Shown: piece by piece, positions 58,372-64,000 of the stretch | How positions within the stretch are numbered: the stretch's first letter is position 1 | Layout of the letters: each line of letters starts with the position of its first letter | Assembly: GCA_964636205.1 (NCBI GenBank) | Contig: CAZWPF010000001.1 | Location: forward strand, 21,260 to 85,259 | From: an uncultured Chitinophagaceae bacterium | Lineage (GTDB): Bacteria; Bacteroidota; Bacteroidia; Chitinophagales; Chitinophagaceae | Direction: 5' to 3' | Length of the DNA: 64,000 bases | Made by a program: the position numbers and the translations under genes | Notes under the pieces: generated by a model | Databases searched by the model: none | Seen by the model: the letters and a program-made list of their open reading frames with translations, nothing else | Told to the model about the DNA's origin: nothing

Positions 58372-58641
58372 ATGGAAAATTTTGTGATTCTGGTTTTGTG
58401 TGGCAGCGCCACTTTCGACGATTTATTGCATGAGAAGCGGCGTCGGAAGGCTGTAGCGATTGATATACTTAACTATGATGCGCAGATCGACTATAACAAT
58501 TATAAGTCGGAACGATTGAAAGGAAATGCACCGGAAAACCCGGTTCATTTGATGTTTGTATTTGGGAGAAATGATTCGATTATCGTAAAATCTGATGAAG
58601 ATTTCCGATTTCTAAATACACGATTAGAGCAACTTCCTTGA
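58372..58641 (+). CDS. Hypothetical small protein (89 aa)
   Basis: The ATG is preceded by AAGGAGAGG with 5-nt spacing. MENFVILVLCGSATFDDLL... has no recognised family. Confidence 0.35.
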   Translation: MENFVILVLCGSATFDDLLHEKRRRKAVAIDILNYDAQIDYNNYKSERLKGNAPENPVHLMFVFGRNDSIIVKSDEDFRFLNTRLEQLP

Positions 58642-58717
58642 ATATTTTAATTGGAAGCCGCTTCCCCGCTTGGTTTTCTCTAAATAGATAGCTAATTATG
58701 CAGAGAAATTTAAGCTC

Positions 58718-60451
58718 ATGCGCATTAAGCTATTAGGACTGTTGATGTTGGCAGGTACTGTAACCGCCCATTCTCAAATATATATTACCAATGCACAGGT
58801 TTTGGATGTAGAGCAGCAAAAAGTGCTGTCGGGTCAAACCATTGAAATTAAGGGCGACAAAATAACGAGGGTTGCTCCTTCTAAAAAGATCAAGCCTGCA
58901 TATGGTGCTACAGTGATTGACGCTGCCGGCAAATGGGTAATGCCCGGTCTGGTCGATGCGCATGTTCACTTTTTTCAGACGGGTGGGTTGTACACTCGGC
59001 CCGATGCGATCGATCTCAGGGAGTTTCATCCGTATGAACGCGAACTCCAATGGTATAAAGAAAACCTGGAAGATCAACTCAGACGATACCTTTCATGTGG
59101 CATCACAACTGTAATTGACGACGGCGCTACTTTTTCATTATTGAAGCAGCGGGATACTTTTAATAATAAGGCTTTTTCTCCGCGGATTCTCATGGCAGGT
59201 CCATTGATATCCACCAATTATATGCCTCGTTCCTTTGAGGTTTTATCGGAAGAGAACGCTCCTTTTTTTAGTGTAAGTACTGAGGAAGAGGCTATCAGAA
59301 TGACTAAGATCCAGTATCCTTATCAACCGGATTTTATTAAAATTTGGTACATCGTTCGAGGAAATGCGAAGGAAGAAGATGCGCAGAAGAATTTGCCACT
59401 TGTGAAGGCGGTGATTCAGGAGGCAAAGAAGAATGGTTATAAAGTTGCGGTACATGCTCCTCAGCTGATTGCTGCTCGCCTTGCGGTAGAAGCAGGTGCA
59501 GACCATCTGGTCCATAGCGTGGATGATGAGATTGTGGATGACTCATTCATCCGCTTGCTCAAAGAAAGAAAGGTTGTGCTTTGCCCTACACTTACGGTAC
59601 GTGAAGGTTATACATCAACGCAAAAGCAAACATGGAAGCCGGAGCATGCAGATTTGCATATCGCAAATCCGGAGCAAGTTGGTACTATTGGCGAACTCGG
59701 CGCGATGGCTGATACCTCAATTCCAAATCGATACGCAAGAATGGCCGCATCCAGAGAAACGATGTTCCAAAAAGGTGATTCGATCAGCCGCGTCAATATG
59801 ATAAAGCTGGCTAAAGCCGGAGTGCCTATTGCAACCGGTACCGATGCCGGCAATATCGGAACGATGCATGCTTCTTCTTATTTCAAAGAATTGATGGCAA
59901 TGAAGGATGCCGGCTTCAATAATTGGCAGGTAATTACTGCATCCACCATTAATGGGGCCAAAGCATTGAATCACGCCGACAAATTTGGTAGCATCGCGGT
60001 GGGTAAGTCTGCTGATTTGATTATTTTAAACCAAAACCCCCTTCAGGATTTATCTAATTTGAAAGATATCGATTTGGTAGTAGCCAGGGGTGAAGTTATT
60101 GAGCCGAGCGAAATTGTACGTGAAAATCCGCTTCAACTAGCACAACGGCAGTTGAACGCATATAATGCGCATGATCTGGAAGCGTTCTTGGCAGCCTATT
60201 CTGATGATGTGGAAGTATATCAATTTCCTGACGAATTGATGTTTGCCGGTAAAGAAGAAATGAGAAAGCGATACGCCTTCTTAAACGATCCGGCTACGGC
60301 ACCTCATGCAGTTATTCTCAATCGGATAGTAGTGGGTAATATGGTGATTGACCATGAACGCGCAACTTTCCCCGGTCGTCCGCCTGTTGAAGTAATAGCA
60401 ATGTACGAAGTAGAGAATAACAAGATTGTACGGGTATATTTCAAGCGATAG
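58718..60451 (+). CDS. Secreted amidohydrolase-family protein fused to a C-terminal NTF2/SnoaL-like domain
   Basis: Signal peptide. PGLVDAHVHFF, VHAPQ, VHSVDD and GTDAGN metal and active-site motifs. The last roughly 110 aa (QRQLNAYNAHDLEAFLAAYSDDVEVYQFP...IVRVYFKR) look NTF2-like. Confidence 0.8.
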   Translation: MRIKLLGLLMLAGTVTAHSQIYITNAQVLDVEQQKVLSGQTIEIKGDKITRVAPSKKIKPAYGATVIDAAGKWVMPGLVDAHVHFFQTGGLYTRPDAIDLREFHPYERELQWYKENLEDQLRRYLSCGITTVIDDGATFSLLKQRDTFNNKAFSPRILMAGPLISTNYMPRSFEVLSEENAPFFSVSTEEEAIRMTKIQYPYQPDFIKIWYIVRGNAKEEDAQKNLPLVKAVIQEAKKNGYKVAVHAPQLIAARLAVEAGADHLVHSVDDEIVDDSFIRLLKERKVVLCPTLTVREGYTSTQKQTWKPEHADLHIANPEQVGTIGELGAMADTSIPNRYARMAASRETMFQKGDSISRVNMIKLAKAGVPIATGTDAGNIGTMHASSYFKELMAMKDAGFNNWQVITASTINGAKALNHADKFGSIAVGKSADLIILNQNPLQDLSNLKDIDLVVARGEVIEPSEIVRENPLQLAQRQLNAYNAHDLEAFLAAYSDDVEVYQFPDELMFAGKEEMRKRYAFLNDPATAPHAVILNRIVVGNMVIDHERATFPGRPPVEVIAMYEVENNKIVRVYFKR

Positions 60452-60458
60452 CAGTATA

Positions 60459-60482
60459 AAACTGCTTCGCTTGAAGTAGTTT
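60459..60482. terminator. Possible bidirectional hairpin between convergent genes
   Basis: AAACTGCTTC-GCTT-GAAGTAGTTT (10 bp with one G-U pair). It overlaps the ruvC stop, and the U-tracts are weak. Confidence 0.3.
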
Positions 60483-61113
60483 AGCGAGTGCGCACCCGGT
60501 CGGGGTTTTCTGCTGCAAAAGCGGCCCAACTTTTCTTTGATGCCTTAGGAACAGAGATCGACTTCTCATTGGCCGGGGCTTTTGGTTGCTTGTCCTGATA
60601 ATGATGGCACAGAGCCACGGCTACGGCATCGGTGGCATCCATGAATCGAACATCGTCTTCGAATTTAAGGGTATGTTGGAGCATTTTCCAAACTTGTTCC
60701 TTAGTGGCATTTCCCCGTCCGCTGATGGATTGTTTGATTTTTCGGGGTGCATATTCCACGGCTTGCAGTCCGTGCATCATTGCCGCCGCCATCGCGACAC
60801 CCTGGGCACGTCCCAATTTCAACATACTTTGTACGTTTTTACCGAAGAACGGAGCTTCGATAGCAACAGCCGAGGGTTGATGAGTTCGGATCAGCATCTC
60901 CATCTTACGAAAGATCAATTCAAGTCTTACGGCATGATCCTGATGTCGGGCAAGTTGCAAAACCCCCATTTCCACCAGTGAAAGCTTATTTTTGTCAACG
61001 GCGATTAGTCCGTATCCCATCACGAGCGTGCCTGGATCAATTCCGAGTATGATTTGGGGTTTACTTTGCAAAATTGAACTGTTGTTGAACAAAAGTACCA
61101 AAATAAGGATCAA
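60481..61113 (-). CDS. ruvC: Crossover junction endodeoxyribonuclease RuvC
   Basis: IILGIDPGTLVMGYGLI, AIEAPFFGKNVQSMLKLGRAQG and ATDAVAVALCH. The start is uncertain: TTG at 61113 or TTG at 61071 (giving MQSKPQIILGIDPG). Confidence 0.9.
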   Translation of the reverse strand: MILILVLLFNNSSILQSKPQIILGIDPGTLVMGYGLIAVDKNKLSLVEMGVLQLARHQDHAVRLELIFRKMEMLIRTHQPSAVAIEAPFFGKNVQSMLKLGRAQGVAMAAAMMHGLQAVEYAPRKIKQSISGRGNATKEQVWKMLQHTLKFEDDVRFMDATDAVAVALCHHYQDKQPKAPANEKSISVPKASKKSWAAFAAENPDRVRTR

Positions 61114-62020
61114 CTATTGGCTGGGCGCATTGCTTTCTCTGGTACTTTTATATGTATTGTACTATCAGGTAAGGCAACAGCTCTCGCGAATCGATGGAGA
61201 TATGGTCTGGGACCATGCTTCAAATTTTCTACTGGCAGGGGCCATTTTGCTAATGCCACTGAACCTGATGGCGGAGGTAAGCAAATGGAAATTTCTTGCC
61301 GGTAGCGCACAGCCAATCCGTTGGACAGAAGCCTGGAAGAGTTACATGGCCGGACTTTCCCTGTCCTTACTTACTCCCAACCGGGTAGGTGAATACCCGG
61401 GTAGAATACTTTATCTTAAACGGAAGAACACCCCTAGATTATTAAGTGTGTCCATATTAGGCATATTTGCCCAGTTGATCGCTATCATGATCTTTGGTTT
61501 TGCCGGACTGATCTATTATAATCTGAAATTTCCGGGCACCTGGCCGTTATTTTTTTTAATAGGTACCATTGTGGGTGGTGCAATACTGTTAATTCTTTAC
61601 TTAAGATTCGAGCGTTGGGCAATTCGGCTAGAGCACCTTCCCTGGTTTCGTCGTTTCAAGACTTATAAATATTTGATGAAGCGGTTTTCGATTAAGGATC
61701 AATTAACTATTCTACTGCTGTCAATGGCTAAGATTCTGGTGTTTACGGCACAGTATTTGACCTTACTCTATTGGATGAACGTAAGTTTTCCTATTTGGGA
61801 TGGCTTTTTCATGGCGGCCTTATTTTTCTGGATCTTAGCAGTGATACCTTCCATTGCTTTGGCAGAACTGGGTATTCGAGGCAATCTGAGTTTGCTGTTG
61901 TTCGGGCAATTATCGAACCATACAGTGGGCATCATTGCTGCAACCGGCATATTATGGTGCATCAACTTGGCCTTACCGGCAGCTCTGGGAAGTTTATTAT
62001 GGCTGAAAAGAAAGATTTGA
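61081..62020 (+). CDS. Flippase-like / LPG-synthase-TM (UPF0104) family membrane protein
   Basis: Basic N-terminus (LNKSTKIRINYWLG) followed by about 8 TM segments and PNRVGEYPGR. The ORF-track ATG at 60992 would overlap ruvC by 120 nt, so I prefer the TTG at 61081/61084. Confidence 0.6.
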
Positions 62021-62069
62021 AATTGCCATCGACTTTTAATTATTTTAATAAACTAACCGTTCAGAATTA

Positions 62070-62870
62070 ATGAGATTAAGCAAAATAATTATAGCGACCT
62101 TAATCGGACTTATCGGAATGCTGCCGGCCAAATCTCAGGATAATTTTTGTGGGATTACCAATACCAGTTTTCGCGACGGCGAAAAGTTGCAGTTCAGGGT
62201 GTATTACAACATGGGGGTGTTGTGGGTGCCGGCCGGTGATGCCAGCTTTAGCGTAACCCAGAAAAATTACAGTGGTCGCGAAGTTTATCATATTGTAGGC
62301 GAAGGTAAAACGCTGAAATCGTATGAATGGTTTTATAAGGTGCGAGATAGATATGAGACTTATATTGATAAGAAGACCCTGCTGCCTGTTAAATTCATCA
62401 GGAATGTGAATGAGGGTGGGTTCAAGATTTATAATAATGTCACTTTTAATCAGGATATCGGACAGGCAATTTCTACCAAAGGCGTCTATACCGTACCTAA
62501 ATGCATACAAGATGTAGTCTCCGCCATCTATTACGCGAGAAACATCGATTACAACAAATATAAGCCCGGAGATAAGATTCCCTTTACTATGTTTTTGGAT
62601 GATGAGGTTTACAATCTATACATAAGATATGAGGGAAAAGAAAAGATTAAGACCAAATATGGCACCTTCAATGCGATAAAAATAGTACCCTTACTTATTG
62701 AAGGAACCATCTTTGAAGGTGGGGAGAAGATGATGGTCTGGGTAAGTGACGACAGTAATCACGTTCCTTTAAGAGTCGATAGTCCGATAATTGTCGGGAG
62801 TATCAAGGTTGACCTGGTTGGCTATGAGCAGCTTCGAAATCCGTTAAAAAGTTTGATCAGTAAAAACTAG
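62070..62870 (+). CDS. DUF3108-like secreted protein
   Basis: Signal peptide, FRDGEKLQFRVYYNMGVLWVPAGDASFSV and later VWVSDDSNHVPLRVDSPIIVGSIKVDLV, as I remember for DUF3108. Confidence 0.65.
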   Translation: MRLSKIIIATLIGLIGMLPAKSQDNFCGITNTSFRDGEKLQFRVYYNMGVLWVPAGDASFSVTQKNYSGREVYHIVGEGKTLKSYEWFYKVRDRYETYIDKKTLLPVKFIRNVNEGGFKIYNNVTFNQDIGQAISTKGVYTVPKCIQDVVSAIYYARNIDYNKYKPGDKIPFTMFLDDEVYNLYIRYEGKEKIKTKYGTFNAIKIVPLLIEGTIFEGGEKMMVWVSDDSNHVPLRVDSPIIVGSIKVDLVGYEQLRNPLKSLISKN

Positions 62871-62907
62871 TCCGCCAAGCGGTTTTGGGTGAACGGCGGT
62901 TTTCCTG

Positions 62908-62915
62908 TAAATTTG
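62908..62915 (+). promoter_or_regulatory. -7 promoter box (TAAATTTG) for paaA
   Basis: TAnnTTTG match 20 nt upstream of the ATG at 62936. Confidence 0.45.
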
Positions 62916-62935
62916 TGGGTATAAGCTAGTAGTTT

Positions 62936-63883
62936 ATGACTGTTCACTCATTTCAGGAAGAATTTGATCGGCGGATCAATAATGATATCAATATCGAGCC
63001 GCGCGACTGGATGCCGGATGAATATCGGAAGACACTTATTCGTCAGATATCTCAGCATGCACATAGTGAAATTGTAGGGATGTTGCCTGAGGGTAACTGG
63101 ATCACCCGTGCCCCAAGTCTCCGTCGTAAGGCAGTATTGCTGGCTAAGGTTCAGGACGAAGCCGGGCATGGATTGTATCTGTATTCTGCTGCAGAAACAC
63201 TTGGAATCAGCAGAGATGAAATGTTGGATCAGTTACATTCCGGTAAGGCTAAATATTCTTCCATCTTTAATTATCCTACGCTTAATTGGGCTGATATTGG
63301 TGCCATTGGCTGGTTGGTCGATGGTGCTGCAATCATGAACCAGGTGCCGCTTTGCCGCACTTCTTACGGACCGTACGCCAGAGCTATGATCAGGGTTTGT
63401 AAAGAGGAGAGCTTTCACCAACGTCAGGGTTATGAGATTATGCTCACATTGAGCCGCGGTACTGAAGTGCAGCGCAAAATGGCTCAGGATGCATTGAACA
63501 GATGGTGGTGGCCATCGCTGATGATGTTCGGTCCTCCCGATGACACCAGTAAGCATACTGCACAAAGCATGGCCTGGAAGATTAAACGCTTCACCAATGA
63601 CGAATTGCGCCAAAAATTTGTCGATGTTACCGTAGAACAAGCGAGAATACTCGGATTAACTATTCCGGATAAGGATTTGAAATGGAATGAGGAGCGCGGG
63701 CATTATGACTATGGCGTTATCAATTGGGATGAATTCTGGAATGTCGTGAAAGGTAACGGTCCTTGCAATAAGCAACGTCTCGAAGCCCGGAAAAGGGCTT
63801 GGGAAGAGGGGGCTTGGGTGCGTGAAGCTGCTTTGGCTTATTCAAAGAAAAAGAAGGCAGCAAGACAGGATGTAGCTGCTTAA
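62936..63883 (+). CDS. paaA: 1,2-phenylacetyl-CoA epoxidase subunit A
   Basis: [71 protein letters not shown] is nearly collinear with E. coli PaaA as I remember it (di-iron EAGH motif). Confidence 0.92.
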   Translation: MTVHSFQEEFDRRINNDINIEPRDWMPDEYRKTLIRQISQHAHSEIVGMLPEGNWITRAPSLRRKAVLLAKVQDEAGHGLYLYSAAETLGISRDEMLDQLHSGKAKYSSIFNYPTLNWADIGAIGWLVDGAAIMNQVPLCRTSYGPYARAMIRVCKEESFHQRQGYEIMLTLSRGTEVQRKMAQDALNRWWWPSLMMFGPPDDTSKHTAQSMAWKIKRFTNDELRQKFVDVTVEQARILGLTIPDKDLKWNEERGHYDYGVINWDEFWNVVKGNGPCNKQRLEARKRAWEEGAWVREAALAYSKKKKAARQDVAA

Positions 63884-63915
63884 AAAATTAATTGCTTCAA
63901 AATATTCTAGATAAA

Positions 63916-64000
63916 ATGTCAGAGCTAAATAAAGACCGCCAGGAATGGCCCCTTTGGGAGGTGTTCATACGCAGTAAGGCAGGATTGGATCATAAGCATG
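63916..64000 (+). CDS. paaB: 1,2-phenylacetyl-CoA epoxidase subunit B (5' part; runs off the right edge)
   Basis: MSELNKDRQEWPLWEVFIRSKAGLDHKH matches the PaaB N-terminus (WPLYEVFVRGKQGLSHRH). Confidence 0.8.
   Translation, partial: MSELNKDRQEWPLWEVFIRSKAGLDHKH

Noticed and set aside
62871-62890. Terminator after the DUF3108 gene (CCGC-CAA-GCGG followed by TTTT)
   Set aside because: The stem is only 4 bp with a 3-nt loop, which is too weak to annotate.

Overview
This is a 64-kb chromosomal segment that looks like a Bacteroidota genome. The support is two T9SS C-terminal sorting domains, a UpxY/NusG-like antiterminator, TAnnTTTG -7 boxes ahead of many genes, almost no Shine-Dalgarno sites, and a TonB-dependent receptor behind a TPP riboswitch. 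I count about 50 protein genes. I found no rRNA, tRNA, CRISPR array, transposase or integrase. The housekeeping backbone includes envelope genes (OstA-like, MlaD-like, a PD40/beta-barrel outer-membrane protein), an rluB-like gene with a repeat-rich N-terminus, and a UvrD-type helicase fused to a nuclease. It also carries gltX, typA, gyrB, a DEAD-box helicase, an MqnC/MqnE-type radical SAM gene, comM/yifB, an M3 peptidase, ruvC, and the start of a paaAB cluster. The accessory part is a surface-glycan locus of about 20.5 kb (15.3-35.8 kb). It starts with wza-wzc. upxY then heads 18 tightly packed co-directional genes: a wzm/wzt ABC exporter (Wzt with an extra C-terminal domain), two methyltransferases and 7-8 glycosyltransferases. 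The distal end is an Arn/Gtr-like block: a polyprenyl-phosphate GT2, a formyltransferase-fold protein, a WecE-type aminotransferase, an uncharacterised 637-aa polytopic membrane protein and an acyltransferase-3. That distal block is my best candidate for an undescribed glycan or lipid modification pathway. Other notable items are a TPP riboswitch ahead of a TonB-dependent receptor, a 3 x 126-bp in-frame repeat in the rluB-like gene, a (YG)8 tail on Wzc, a stand-alone MetH homocysteine-binding domain, and promoter boxes lying directly against start codons. All family assignments rest on motif recognition and remembered sequences. No searches were run.
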